This document shows positions 1 to 13,101 of a stretch of 64,000 bases of DNA, piece after piece. The position numbers and the translations under genes are program-made. Position 1 is the stretch's first letter. Every line of letters starts with the position of its first letter. Source of the stretch: Phoronis australis (lineage: Eukaryota; Animalia; Phoronida). The notes under the pieces were generated by a model, which was not told where the DNA came from, ran no database searches, and saw only the letters and a list, made by a program, of their open reading frames with translations. The stretch is from contig NMRA01000432.1 in assembly GCA_002633005.1 (NCBI GenBank), forward strand, positions 130,070-194,069, in the 5' to 3' direction.

Positions 1-129
1 CAGTTAACCCCCCCCCCCGATTTCTTGAAATTTCACGTTTAAGCGCCCATTTCTGGTTAACCGCCCACCCCCGATTTTTTGGGTTCGCCAATTTAACCGC
101 CCAGGGCGTTAACCCGAACGATTACGGTA
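1..129. mobile_element. 3' end of a Tc1/pogo(Tigger)-like MITE, truncated by the window start
   Basis: Repeated TTAACCGCCCA subterminal motifs, ending ...CGATTACGG|TA (candidate TA target site). Confidence 0.45.
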
Positions 130-1092
130 AGTTTTTACATTTTATGAAAATATGTTCATCGTTAATACTTTCTCGCCTTGTGGTGGTGCTACAAGCAGTT
201 CAATTTTAATAAAATTAGATTTCCTTTAAAATCACAGCGAAATCAAGGTGGCAGTGTGTTAAATTTGTTTTGGAATTTTAAGTTGACCCTTTTGGATGTT
301 CCAAACTACAAAAAGTTTCCATCAGGATATTCTTCATGCTGTATAAAATCAATTTGAAATTACTGAAAATTTTAGGATTCCGTTGAAATTTGGTTAAATA
401 AAATTTGTACTTCCATTTTTTGTAGTATGTTATATTGTTTATTATTACAGTAGCATGGATGGTTTATAAGAAAAAAGAATATTTCAAATATAATAATCGG
501 TGTTCAAATAAATGAAATTCTTTGAAATGTAATTTCGATGTTTTGGCACTTTTTGTATGTATTTGTAATCAAAATTAATTTTTTGCAATTTTTTTAAAAA
601 AGTATTAAAACCTAAATGACATTTTTGCTAACCATTAGCAAGTCCTGATAGGTTCTGATGTCATCATTATTTCAGATTTCAAATTATCCTTCTTCAAGTT
701 TTGTTTTGGGTTCAAAGGTAATCTGTTAGCAAAAGTCAACAGTGAATTTCGAAATTTGGATTATTTGCTCACTTGCTAATTACAACATTTCATGATATGG
801 TTTTATTTTATGTGTTTAACCTGTATGGAAAGTATTTGTCATCTTGTTTTAGAGCAACAGTGGGCCAAAGTTTTTCAATTACAGATCTTTAAACATGCCA
901 ACAAATTTGCCTTGAAATTTTCATGGATTTGTTTGCTGAAAAAAGCCATTTTTGAGGGTCTAAATTTTAAATTAGTCTAGAACTGTCCAATGGATTTAAA
1001 AAAACTCAAAAAGTAATGCAAACGGCAGGTTAAGATATGACATTTGAAACCATGTTCATGTGTTTCTTAAGAAATTGGCAGTTAGGTTTGCT

Positions 1093-1345
1093 CAGCGGGG
1101 GTGCATTCAAAATTTAATAGTCAACCGACAGTTACCGACACTCATCTTGCCCTTGTAGCCTGCATTTAAGTGAAAAACAACCCAATAAATGTCATTTTTC
1201 TTGCATAATTCTCTGTGTTTTGTATCAAAGAAAAATCGTTTTGAAAGCATTACACTCGTGGCATGCGCCATTTCCTAATTTTTGTGACACTTCTCAGGAG
1301 ATGATGGCAGCTTGGAAGCAGCAAAATTTGTTCAGAAATTCCTGG
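1093..1345 (+). repeat. Dispersed DNA-transposon-like repeat; homologous copy at about 48608-48855
   Basis: Shared blocks such as ACCGACACTCA-CTTGCCC, TTTAAGTGAAAAACAA, GCGCCATTTCCT and AGCTTGG-AGCAGCAAAATTT. Confidence 0.6.
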
Positions 1346-4055
1346 TGTAAACTGCAGCAAGTACTGATGACGGTGCCAGAAAAATTGTCATTCTACTGCT
1401 ATTGTGCTGTGAAGTTTGTGAAGCAATGCCATGAAATGGATCATCACCAATTTCGTTTTTCGCCAATTCTTCACTAAACTGGTCCTCCTTCACAGAGTTG
1501 CATACATGTCACTAGATATTCTCGGCAGTTGGTGTTACTTCCTTAGAACTTTTTAGTCTTTTTCACCAAACTGAATTTCTGAGCAAATTCTTCTTCGACG
1601 AAGTTGTCTCATGAAAGGTTTTACAAGAATTTAGCAAATGGTGTGTGCACATATCACGAACATGCTTAAATAGACAACACACAGACTTTTCTTTGTTACA
1701 AAAGCCAGAGAGTGGTGCAAGAAAATGATGTTTATTACTGTGTTTGTCACTTTTTGAACAGCTGTAATGGACAAGGTGAGTTTCTATTGGCCCACAAATT
1801 TTGCTTGCACGCTATCCGATATCGTGATGAGGTGACAGGCAGAACTACCCAGGCGGTGTGAACTTTCTAGCTGTATTTTGAAGCTACTAGTGGCTAGGCT
1901 CGCGTTAGCCTCTTGCCAGCTTGCCATTGGCGAATTCTGAGCAGCACTGGTGATGGCAGAGCTATGTCCGTTTGCCAACTTGGCAAATACTTTGGCAATA
2001 AAAATTAATTTCGGGAAACCTACTCGTGTCATATCACAATAAGCTTGAGTAAAGTCATGTCACAAACTACATTCTTACTTCGATTCCGAGTCCTAAAAAT
2101 TACAAACAAATGTTTCATTTCATGTCCGTCACTCCCCCTGAGATCAGTTTTTATCGTATGGAAAACGTTCAACTCTGTAGAGGGTGGGTTAGCACTCTTT
2201 GTTGTGGTGATTTCCCACTTCATAGCAAGATTTTGTGTAGGTATTGCCGCATGTCGTTTGCAAGTGACAATGTCAAAACGATGAATAGAAGACTATTTTG
2301 CCAACAAACGTGACCCAGTCTCTCAATTTTTTACTCTCACAATGTGTGTTATCTAGACTTAAATCAAAATATGTCATATGTAATACCTAGTCAGCTCGCT
2401 AAGTGTCGCAAGTGTAAAAAGTTATTGAGTGACTGGGACTTGTTTGGCGGCAGTCGGAAGAAAGCAAGATAAAGTAATTGTCAGTTTGGTACTTAAATGC
2501 CTTGCTCATCAAAATTCAAATGTGTCTGGCGTGCCTCTGCCGCAACCCAGGGATACGGGGGAATCTTTCCCCAAAATATTTTAGAACGACTTCAATGAAA
2601 TGCCCATGTGGCCAGCGTACTCTCGCTGTAATCCAGGTATAGGGGGTAAGCCCTGCCCAAACTTTTTAGGTCATAATAAAACCCATGTTGGCTTACATCC
2701 CTTCCAACTTATTAGGCTGCTTTATGACCTTGGAATGTTTTTCATTTATTTTTTTTCTTAAAGGCAATCGTCTTGTCTTATAGTACATTATGAAAAGGAC
2801 ATGTGCATAACATGGAAAATTTTTGGTCTGTGTAACTACTTTTATCAATTGCAAGTGTTATGAAAAGAGAAAGTATTTGGCTAATCATTTTTGAAAATGG
2901 CTTAAAGTTTTCATATGCTTTAGTCATTTTAGCCAATACCGTTAAAAATCCAGCATGAGCCTAGAGTGGTTATCCGGCAAACTGGCTGGCTGTAAGCTCC
3001 ATGTAGGCAATACGTCGCCTGTAGTGCGGATGCTAAATTGATCATTCGGAGTTATTAATGTAGGTCATCTAGATGGGTGATTCACTAGCACTTAACATAG
3101 TTTTGAGACTAACACCAAAACCAAATTGGAAATAGAACTGACTTTTAGTCAGCTTGAGTTGCCGCTAGTTCAGTACACATTTGTTTGAGGTTGTTAGCAG
3201 CTATTAATACCAATAGCCAATACCCAAAATACTACAGTGCCCCCTGTTATTGTGTTATTTATCCACAATGCTGCACGTTTGTGGAACACTTTTATCCCAT
3301 AACTGAACACTGCCAACATGTTAATCACTGATTTACATTAAAATGAGTTCTTCAATCTCATTCCCTCAAAAGTAAATGTAAGTCATCTCTAGTCGGCTTT
3401 ACTTAAATCTGTTGCTTGTTAGGGTCACACAAGTCTGAATTGCTGATGAATTATTCACAAACAAACCAACATTGTTGAATGTTCAATCAAACTTTTACAT
3501 CTGTAAATTCTTAACACCCTCAGTAAACAATTTCAATAGGATTATGAGGGTAGAATGGGCAATAGACAAGTGTAACATGCCCACATTTTGAGAACCAGTT
3601 TGATGCCTTTTATTCAGTGAAGAAAACTGGTTCTCAAGGTGGGAGCTGATTACATACCCAACTGTTACTTGTAGAATGTATTTTAGTGAATCATGGCTGT
3701 TAACCAAAGAGATATTAAGCAAAATTAACTCGGGATATTTTGATATCTATTACTATTTTCTTCAGTTGCGTTGATTAACCCGCCATGTCTCGTGGAAATA
3801 ATGCATTGATTAGACTAAGAATGAGACAATGTTCATGTCTATCGTTAGTCTGACTCCCTGTTTTTGTAACAAACTTGTGACAGTGAAGCCTGGCCTATAC
3901 ACAAGTTCATTTCATGTACAGGGGTGCTTACACAGTATTTAACAACAGGAAATCCTTCAGACTCATTGGAATTATTTTTGACATCCTTTCACAGTTCTGC
4001 ATGTGCTCAGTTCCTTGGTTCATTTTGAATTCATCATTGTAACTTTGTCTTTTAG

Positions 4056-4157
4056 TCAAAAGTGAGAAAGATTCCACAGATGACGAAGTAGTCAAAGTCA
4101 AAGAGCCAGCCATCTTGGACTTGGGACGACTGTTAGCAGAAACCAAGCAGGCTGAAG
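4056..4157 (+). CDS. PSMD11: 26S proteasome non-ATPase regulatory subunit 11 (Rpn6), coding exon 2 (first exon not found in window)
   Basis: tttag|...|gt; encodes (V)KSEKDSTDDEVVKVKEPAILDLGRLLAETKQAE, similar to the PSMD11 N-terminus; phase-compatible with the next exon. Confidence 0.88.
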
Positions 4158-5392
4158 GTTGTAACAGGGTGCAGAACCCTCTTTTACTTTCAGTTGTTGA
4201 CTTTGTAGCCTCTTTAAATTCACCTGCCCCATTTTTCTCCCTGTTTTAGTTTGTTTAGGTAAGAAGTGTTTACCTGCACTCTTTTCTGTCCGGCACTTCA
4301 ATTTGTTTTAGACTATTAGTGCTTTGTACGGAAGCTGCTATTAGTGTCTGTAGTTATGTTTAGTAGCCAAAGTTTCATTCAGATTCATCCAGTTGTGACT
4401 AATAGGAGCACCTCTTTATTCAATATTTGTTGACCTAGAAATATGAAACTAACTCATTTTAAGTGGAGGGGTGATCACTTAGTGTGAAGCACAAGAATTG
4501 ATACCAAGTGGAGCAAAAGTTGTCCACAAATCTGACCCTCTGTTCAGTCTTGTCTTCTAAAAGGAAAGGGTCACAGTAAATTATTAAGTAACAAATCAAA
4601 CAAACATTCGCCTCACCGCCTCGCAAAGCAAAATCCTCATCTGTCGAGTTTGCCACTGACGTGAGGGACGAGCTGGTTTAATTTTCATTCGAGGTGCATA
4701 GCTTTTCAACTTTGCTCACCTTTTTGTGTGTTTGATAATAGGAATTAATAGAAAATTATTTTCTTTACAGTGCCAACATCTTTATCTAAAATTTGGATTA
4801 AAATCCAATTTATTTTTACTCTGCAGAGTTTGTTCATTCTTGTTATCACTTATTTCAACTAAAAGATTTGCAGGAAACAATTTCAGAAATAAAAAAGTCT
4901 GGGCACAATCGCCTAAATTCCCCAATATGAGGTGATAAACCCTTTGATAGCATTTGTTCGTTAGGTGCGAGCTATATATGTCAGAAGGCCCACATGCAGC
5001 TTGTTTGGAATTGTTAGTTTTGACAAAAGATGGATGCATACTATCTTTAGGAATTATACTATTTTTGACAAACTACATTTTGAGTAGAAGTGTTGGTCAA
5101 AAGTAGCAGCAGAGCACACTTTTTGTCTGACAAAATATGGTCTCTCATAGTGTAAGCATGTGTGTCAAAGTTTAAACATGTTCTAAGTATTTGAACACAG
5201 ATGGTTACAGTGCTTTCTGCACTAACAGTGCTGCATATCAGGCGAGAACACCATAACTTTGCATGTTGGCGATCAATGAGCACTGACTTAATTGCTAATC
5301 TTGTCTGAATCAAGTCCTCTAGCTTCTTATGAATATTTCTCAAGTGCTGCTCTACTCTATATCATCTGTCTTACTCTTCCTCTGCCTTTCAG

Positions 5393-5517
5393 AGTTAGCT
5401 GGTTTGATCAAGTTCACACGTCCTTTCCTGTCATGTGTGAGCAAAGCAAAGGCTGCCAAGTTGGTGCGAACGCTTGTCGATCTGTTTCTGGACATGGAAG
5501 CTGGTACAGGCAAGGAG
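5393..5517 (+). CDS. PSMD11: PSMD11 coding exon
   Basis: ttcag|...|gtagg; [42 protein letters not shown]. Confidence 0.96.
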
Positions 5518-6279
5518 GTAGGACCTTAATGTGTCAATCAACAGCTGAGAAAAGTAAAAGTGCTATGGTCCTTTTGCTGTTTGTAACATTTGCATGTATT
5601 AATTTATATCATATGTCTGAAAAGAACAATTGGTTTGTGCCTCTTGCTGTCAGCTTTGTTGCTGTTCATATGGGTTGTTATACTGAGAGGTAAACACCAT
5701 CTGTGCTAAGCGTTAGTTTCCTTGAGGACCTCTGAGATATTTGCTCAACATTCAATTACTCGTATGTGCTCATGTTAGGAGAGCACATGTGTCCATGCGA
5801 GAGTGCAGTGCTTATAGTCTGCCACTGAACACAGGATTCTAGTTGTGGCCCGATAAGTATGTGTTCCAAATCATTGCACCATACCGTCTTTGGTTATTTT
5901 CTCAGCTGGTAAGGCTCCATCTCTTATCATGCCAAAATTGTCCTTTTCGAAGAGCACAACATACCTGCTGAAACTGGAATTTTATAGTTTTGACAGTGTT
6001 AAAATAGATAGTAGAGATCAAACTGGAATTGTCTTATTTCACCGTAATATCTCGAGAGTGTTGGGCTGAGGATAATAATCCAATTTTTCTAATGAAGAAA
6101 AATTTTGGGTAGTTAAGTCTCTTATGTTTCTAATCTTCTAAGAAAAAGCGACCTCATGTCATTCGTGTTTAACAATAATTAATGCCCGAATGTACTGTTC
6201 ATTAATAATTACTCTGCCTGTCTATATTGCATGTTATTAAGCAGTAGCTGAACAACACAGTGTCATTGCCCTACCTTAG

Positions 6280-6521
6280 GTTGAGCTGTGCCAAGAGTGC
6301 ATTGAGTGGGCTAAGGACGAGAAGCGCACATTCCTGCGTCAGGCACTGGAATCGCGACTCATTGCTCTTTACTTTGAGACAAGGCAGTACCAGCCAGCTC
6401 TGACGCTGGGCTCGTCCCTTCTCCGTGAGCTAAAGAAGCTGGATGACAAAGCCCTGTTAGTGGAGGTTCAACTTCTCGAGAGCAAGGTGTACCATGCATT
6501 GAGTAACCTGCCTAAAGCCAG
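6280..6521 (+). CDS. PSMD11: PSMD11 coding exon
   Basis: cttag|...|gtaag; [27 protein letters not shown]...[16 protein letters not shown](R). Confidence 0.97.
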
Positions 6522-6815
6522 GTAAGAGCAATTGAGTAACCTGCCTACGGTCAGGTAAGGGCAAGGTGTGCCATGCATAGAGTAACCTACCTAAAGCTAG
6601 GTAAGCGCAATTTTTTTTACCTGCCTACAGTCACAAGTAGTAGGTATGGTGTCATCAGTATTCAATGGGTATTGTCTCTTCAGTATCCATGTGCTGGTAA
6701 GACCACTTTGAGCTGACATTTCTGAAATATTGATCTATTTGCACCACCCTCTAGCCTGTTTACATTGGCACTGTGGATACAGAACCAAGATGCGGTCCCT
6801 TCGCTACATCGTTAA

Positions 6816-9052
6816 AGGAGCATGCCACCCAAAAAACAACCTAATTTGTATCAATTTAGATCGAGTAGTTTTACTCCATAACGACACGTGCGGTTGCGTT
6901 ACCTGACGGCAGACGGAGGTGTTGAAATTATCCAGTTACGTCATCGGTTTCACACGCATTCTGTTCAGCAGTTCACAACACGGGTTACTGGTGTCAGCTT
7001 ATTGCTTGGAGTCATCGTTTAACACCAATAAATCGTCAAACTTCGATGTAAAGCCCTTAAAAATTCACCGAGTTCTTACAAAAACGTGTTGTTTTATTTC
7101 ACTGTTACGGATTTATTGGTATTTGGACACACCGTAGCCTACAAAGTTCGGCAGGCCAATGAGGTCCGTAGTAGGAGTTTGGAGTGTGTTCGGATATAAT
7201 TTCGAAGTATTTTCTGTGAGATACAGACAGGAGAATCTAGATCTGTGTTGTTTAGACTTGTGATTTTCTGAGTTCTAAACACAAAACACTAGTTATCCTG
7301 GCCAGTGGCTCGGAAACGATCAGGCCCGTCGCGGCCGGCCGGATTGACTCGTTATCCCTACCAGTGGCTCAGAAACTGATCAGACATCACGAACAAACCA
7401 GCCAAAGTTCAGTGGAAACTAAACTTAAGGAAATACTATACTAGTGAGCCAAAGTAATGTGCACGTGATTATGTTGGTGAATTAGCCACGAAACTGCAAA
7501 TCTACTTACTCGTCGGGGGTCGCGAATTCGTTCCGCTTTGGCCACAGCACCGTTAGGGCAGAAGTTGTACATTGACAATCATTATTTGAGTAATGTAAAT
7601 GTAAACAAAGATTCCCCTAACACCTGGTCGTGGGATGGAAATCGAGTTGTTTCACAACAGCTTCTGCCAGCAAACACTAAATTAGCATGAGCTCACATGG
7701 CCTCGGTGTCCCGTCAATTAGTTTTATTGCACCTAAAGCCGATAACGCAGTGATTTATTCATTGCTGGCTTCTTTGAGTAATGTAAATGTAAACAAAGAT
7801 TCCCCTAACACCTGGTCGTGGGATGGAAATCGAGTTGTTTCACAACAGCTTCTGCCAGCAAACACTAAATTAGCATGAGCTCACATGGCCTCGGTGTCCC
7901 GTCAATTAGTTTTATTGCACCTAAAGCCGATAACGCAGTGATTTATTCATTGCTGGCTTCTTTGAGTAATGTAAATGTAAACAAAGATTCCCCTAACACC
8001 TGGTCGTGGGATGGAAATCGAGTTGTTTCACAACAGCTTCTGCCAGCAAACACTAAATTAGCATGAGCTCACATGGCCTCGGTGTCCCGTCAATTAGTTT
8101 TATTGCACCTAAAGCCGATAACGCAGTGATTTATTCATTGCTGGCTTCTTTGAGTAATGTAAATGTAAACAAAGATTCCCCTAACACCTGGTCGTGGGAT
8201 GGAAATCGAGTTGTTTCACAACAGCTTCTGCCAGCAAACACTAAATTAGCATGAGCTCACATGGCCTCGGTGTCCCGTCAATTAGTTTTATTGCACCTAA
8301 AGCCGATAACGCAGTGATTTATTCATTGCTGGCTTCTCAAATCATTTCGTGCACTCACGAACACTCCAAAGGCATTACAAATTGCATCTAATGAGACAGA
8401 CTTTGTTTCAGTTTTGTATAAGTATTGGTTAGGGTGAGAATAATTCATTTTGAAACAGTGAGAACGCTCAGTAATAAACGCCAAACATGGCAACTCACAA
8501 TCCCGACTTAGGACGAGCTAGAGCGGCTCATCAGTCCCGACTTCGCAGGTGGATCGTTAAGTTTTACAGGCTATCAATTCGAACAGGAATACAGTGATGA
8601 AGAAATACTAGAGAGGCGCCGTGAACAAGCTCAAACAATGGAACGTATGCTGTTATTTGTTAAGCCGAGCATTCGTCAGGCACTGTCGACGTCTGCAGGC
8701 CACAGACACGGAGATGTTTCACGGTCTCATACTTGCTATTTACAGCGTACATTTCATTCTTCACTACCATGAGCCACTTCCAAAGCATTTCGGACGCTCG
8801 AGGAAGTAAAAAAAAACGATATCCTCGCTTTCCTCGCGGCTACTTAGTTCAGACAAGCGTGAACGATACACCGCAACATAGCGGCATTCACTCTGCATAT
8901 GAACCACTGACGTCGCTAGCGTCGTTTCTCACCTTCCTCACAGGTTAACGCGACACTTCTTGGCAAGGTAAGGTCGACCGTATGCAAGGCCATGTGGATA
9001 TAGACCGATTAAGACGGCAAAAAAGACTAATTTAATCGGGTGGCATTCGCCT
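6816..9052 (+). mobile_element. Non-autonomous Kolobok-type DNA transposon in PSMD11 intron
   Basis: TTAA on both sides (6812-6815, 9053-9056); TIR AGGAGCATGCCACCC / GGGTGGCATTCGCCT; colinear with 49082-50542. Confidence 0.85.
7586..8337. repeat. Four tandem copies of a 188-bp unit inside the Kolobok-type element
   Basis: Identical ORFs recur at 7687, 7875 and 8063 (period 188). Confidence 0.95.
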
Positions 9053-9122
9053 TTAATGTCACTTTATATTGTTCCTCGGATAGTTGATACATGTCAAGGA
9101 AACAGTAAATATCATGGAAAAT

Positions 9123-9516
9123 TGTACTTCCAGGATAGCCAGGGATCTGTGTTGTACTTCCAAAATATCCAGAGATCAGTTTTATACTTCCAATATAGCC
9201 AGGGATCTGTATAATTATACATCCAAGATAGCCAGGGATCTTTATTATACTTCCAACATAGCCAGGTATCTGTTTTATACTTCCAAGATAGCCAGGGATC
9301 TGTATTATACTTCCAAGATAGCCAGGTATCTGTATTATACTTCCAAGATAGCCAGGGATCTGTATTATACTTCCAAGATAGCCAGGGATCTGTATTATAC
9401 TTCCAAGATAGCCAGGGATCTGTACTATACTTCTAAGATAGCCAGGGATCTGTATTATACTTCCAACATAGCCAGGGATCTGTATTATACTTCCAAGATA
9501 GCCAGGGATCTGTATT
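9123..9516. repeat. 30-bp minisatellite, about 13 copies
   Basis: Unit TGTATTATACTTCCAAGATAGCCAGGGATC. Confidence 0.95.
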
Positions 9517-9969
9517 TCTAATTAAGATAACATCAAAAACAGTTGCTGTCCTCTTTAACTGTTGGGTTAAAGTATCCACGGGCCACATCGTCAGACAGTT
9601 GATTTGAAGTTTTAGGCAACTTGAAAGTCGGTCACATGACAAATTTTGACATAAAGTAGTTTTGTTTACAGTGACTTGGGTAAGCTCACGGATGTCTTAG
9701 TTATTACACTAACAGACCAAGATGTCATCATTGATAGTTTTCCTTGGATTTTATTAGTTTCCGGGCTTTTACTACACAATTAGCTTTCTCAACTGTTGGG
9801 TGGAATGTCCAAGAGAAATTCAAAGGAAATACACTCCTCATGAAACAAAAATTCTACCACCTATCAAGTTGTTGACAACCATTCAATGATCATGTGAGCA
9901 AGACTGAAGCAAAATGACAGCACTTTATGATTCCTTGTACTTTAATAACCTGGTTTCCTCCTTCTGCAG

Positions 9970-10197
9970 AGCTGCCCTTACCTCTGGGAGGACAACAGCA
10001 AATGGTATCTACTGCCCACCCAAACTACAAGCAGCTCTAGACATGCAGTCAGGCATCCTGCACGCAGCTGATGAGAAGGACTTCAAGACTGCCTTCTCTT
10101 ACTTCTACGAGTCATTCGAAGGCTATGACTCAATTGAAAATGCCAAAGCACTGACAGCTCTCAAATACATGCTGCTGACAAAGATCATGTTAAATCA
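9970..10197 (+). CDS. PSMD11: PSMD11 coding exon
   Basis: tgcag|...|gtaag; [54 protein letters not shown]...[12 protein letters not shown]. Confidence 0.97.
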
Positions 10198-10753
10198 GTA
10201 AGCTATTCTGTTGGAAGGTTTGACGCCTTAAGATAATAGTCTACCTTTGTTATATATCTTGAATGGTATCATAGTGCATTTTGCACTGTGGAGAAACAAT
10301 ACATCTTCAATACACTCTGAAATGCTGTCACAACTTTTAGTCAAAATTTGTGATTGCTTTTTTTAAGTGTAGTGTATCAAGTTGCCTACCCACCCGTCTA
10401 TTTAGAATTTACATTCTTCTATTTTCTTGACTTAAGGATGGTTTCTATATCCTTGCTTGTAACATTAATGAAATCCTATCATGATAAGAAATATTCTGAG
10501 AGTAAATGGCCTAATACAGTTTTCAAGTTTTATAACATTATATATTAAAGCAATTCAATCCTTGGTACTGAAGGTAGCCAGATAACCTTATGCAACATTC
10601 ATTTTGAAATTTCAAAATTGTCAATTAATGCCACAATAAAGCTGCCTTTCATCACAAAAACAACTTGTGACTAGGCCTCTTATCATCTTTATGAAGTTGA
10701 TCTCGAATTGGCAATGATTCCAAAGTACTCACATTTTGTTAATGCAGGAGACG

Positions 10754-10898
10754 AGGGTAGAGTTCAGTAACACTAGGACTTCGCTAAAAAGCGAGATTTA
10801 AGTGAGGTATTGCTGTGTATTTTAAATGAGAAAATGTGATTTTGGCTAGAGTTTAGCGAGGTCCTAGTGTAGGTCCTAGTATTACTGAAGTCTACCCT
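10754..10898. mobile_element. Short MITE with long inverted ends
   Basis: AGGGTAGAGTTCAGTAACACTAGGAC ... GTCCTAGTATTACTGAAGTCTACCCT. Confidence 0.65.
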
Positions 10899-11754
10899 GG
10901 CCCTACAAGTTGGCTTGTTGCGGTGTGTCATGGCATGTGCCAAGCATGGTCTCGAGGAATAAGCAACTGTCAGGTCTGTGCAAACTCAGCATTCACTACT
11001 CATTTGTGCAAGGAGCAACTTGACACCAATTTTATAGCTACAAGTGGTCTAAAACAAAGGTTTGCCTCTATAACGGGCTTGTACGTTGCTGCTTTAAATT
11101 CTAGGTCATCAGGGATGATGTTTAGATCAGTGTGTTTGGTTTCGAGCAGTTGTTCTGTCGACTAAATGGCATCCACTTCTTTATCTGCCAAACTACTCTA
11201 AGAATCATTTTGAACCATAGCAGTTTTGTTCCCAATAAGAAGACAGTGGCCGGCATTGATTTTCGGACAGGTATGACACCTGTGGCATCCCTTAGTGTTG
11301 ATTTGTAGCGACCATGGCTGTTGCACCTGATTCTTTTGCAGGACTTTTGCTAGTTTGTCGCAGTTGTTCCCCATACATTTATTATGGCTCTGAATAACGC
11401 TGTGCCTCCTAGTGATGATTTTATTTTTACTTTGCTGCCTCTATATCTTCCGAATTCCTCGATGTTTTTTCGTGAAATTTGGCAAACGAGTTTCTGTTGT
11501 AAAGATGACAGATTCTTTCCAATTTGAGATGCATTCGATGTATTCTGCCCCATTTCCGGGATATCGAAAGAACACCACTGGAGACCCACCATTAGCATGG
11601 CAGTCGCGGGTGCATTTCAATGCTGCGAGTTGCTCTTGTTACTCGTTTGAATAAGTCCTCCCAAATTGCACTGTGTGGGGTTTTAGGTACGACCTTACCA
11701 ACTATCTTAATGTTTCTCAAAAGGCACTCTTAACTAATGCTTCACATTTTGCAG

Positions 11755-11878
11755 GGCTGATGAAGTGACCTCTATTGTCAGTGGGAAGCTCGCCCTTCGT
11801 TATGCCGGACCCGAAATTGAAGCCATGAAGAGTATAGCCAAAGCAGGTCATGACCGTTCACTAGCAGAGTTCCAAAAG
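11755..11878 (+). CDS. PSMD11: PSMD11 coding exon
   Basis: tgcag|...|gtgaag; ADEVTSIVSGKLALRYAGPEIEAMKSIAKAGHDRSLAEFQK. Confidence 0.96.
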
Positions 11879-12939
11879 GTGAAGTATGCTTCTTTTCTCC
11901 TCATAAAAACATTAACGGCAGTATTTTCAATATATTTTTTGCATTGGCACGTGCCATTTGAATATGTACTGAATTTGAGAAACTCACTTTGTAACAGACT
12001 AACATTAATATTTAGTAACCAATTCCAGACTGACCAAATCCAATTGTATACATTCATTCCACATGGTGAAAACATACTTATATATCGACTGAGATAATTA
12101 TCATATGTTGATTATAAGAATACTCAGTAACAAATTGAAAATAGCATTGAATATAAATGTGCGTGTACATCAAAAGGATAAATTAAGTCTTTGTTACAAT
12201 ACGTACACCAAGAACCACATTCTGCTTGTTGTAATTATGTTATTAATTATGGCGACTAGTGTCAGTACACAAAATTTGATGATGTTTAAACCACAGATAT
12301 ATTTTCTACTAATTATAAATTCTGTGATCCTATCAATGCATCTACTAGTAAATTGAAATTTGTTGTTGAAAGTTTCCTAGTTATGTTCAAGAGCCTTCAT
12401 GAGTTCAGCTCTCTGTTTCACAGGAAATGGACACCAAAACTATAATTAGTGTAAATTTTCAACATTCATCTTGAACGTGTGGGTACAGTCATGCATCAAT
12501 ATGTTATTATTGACTCTCTTGGTTTCAATTTGTTTGCTGGCTATAGTAGTGATACCCCTGAGTATACATGCATGTTCGTCACTTCCTAATATACGAACGG
12601 ACGTATATTTGGATTTGACTTATGCTTCCTTTTCTGATATTTTCCAATAAAATGCCCCGGGCATGTCTATAGAAAAGTCTGGTTGGGAGCAGGATTGGGT
12701 ATTTAGTTGATGTCTTCGATACTGGTCCTTTTGTGGTCAGTGGTCGCCTGGTCACTCAATGCATCTGTTGCACTCTTGCATGGTAGTGGGTTTGAGTCCT
12801 GGGTTCAAGTCTGACATCCTTCTTTGGGCAAGCAGCAGATTTCTTAGTCTGTGAATTTACCCCTTCCTCACTGTGGCTGCTCCTGCTCTTAGTTAAAGTG
12901 GAGAAAGATCCGTAACAAGTACACATTAATTGTTTTCAG

Positions 12940-13101
12940 ACCCTGGCCCAATACAAGTCCGAGTTGGTGGATGACCCCATCGTCCGCGCTCATCTGGACT
13001 CGTTATACGATAATCTACTGGAACAGAACCTGTGCCGAATCATCGAGCCCTTCTCACGAGTTCAGGTGGAGCATGTGGCCAACATTATCAAGCTTTCTTT
13101 G
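12940..13101 (+). CDS. PSMD11: PSMD11 coding exon (PCI domain)
   Basis: ttcag|...|gtgag; [54 protein letters not shown]. Confidence 0.97.

Noticed and set aside
1-4055. PSMD11 first exon
   Set aside because: No convincing ATG exon found; presumed upstream of the window
7687-8254. Three identical 63-aa ORFs
   Set aside because: By-product of the 188-bp tandem repeat
9084-9521. 145-aa ORF of YYTSKIARDL repeats
   Set aside because: Artefact of a 30-bp intronic minisatellite
12730-12900. Possible tRNA or SINE (GGGTTCAAGTC B-box-like)
   Set aside because: No cloverleaf and too degenerate to call
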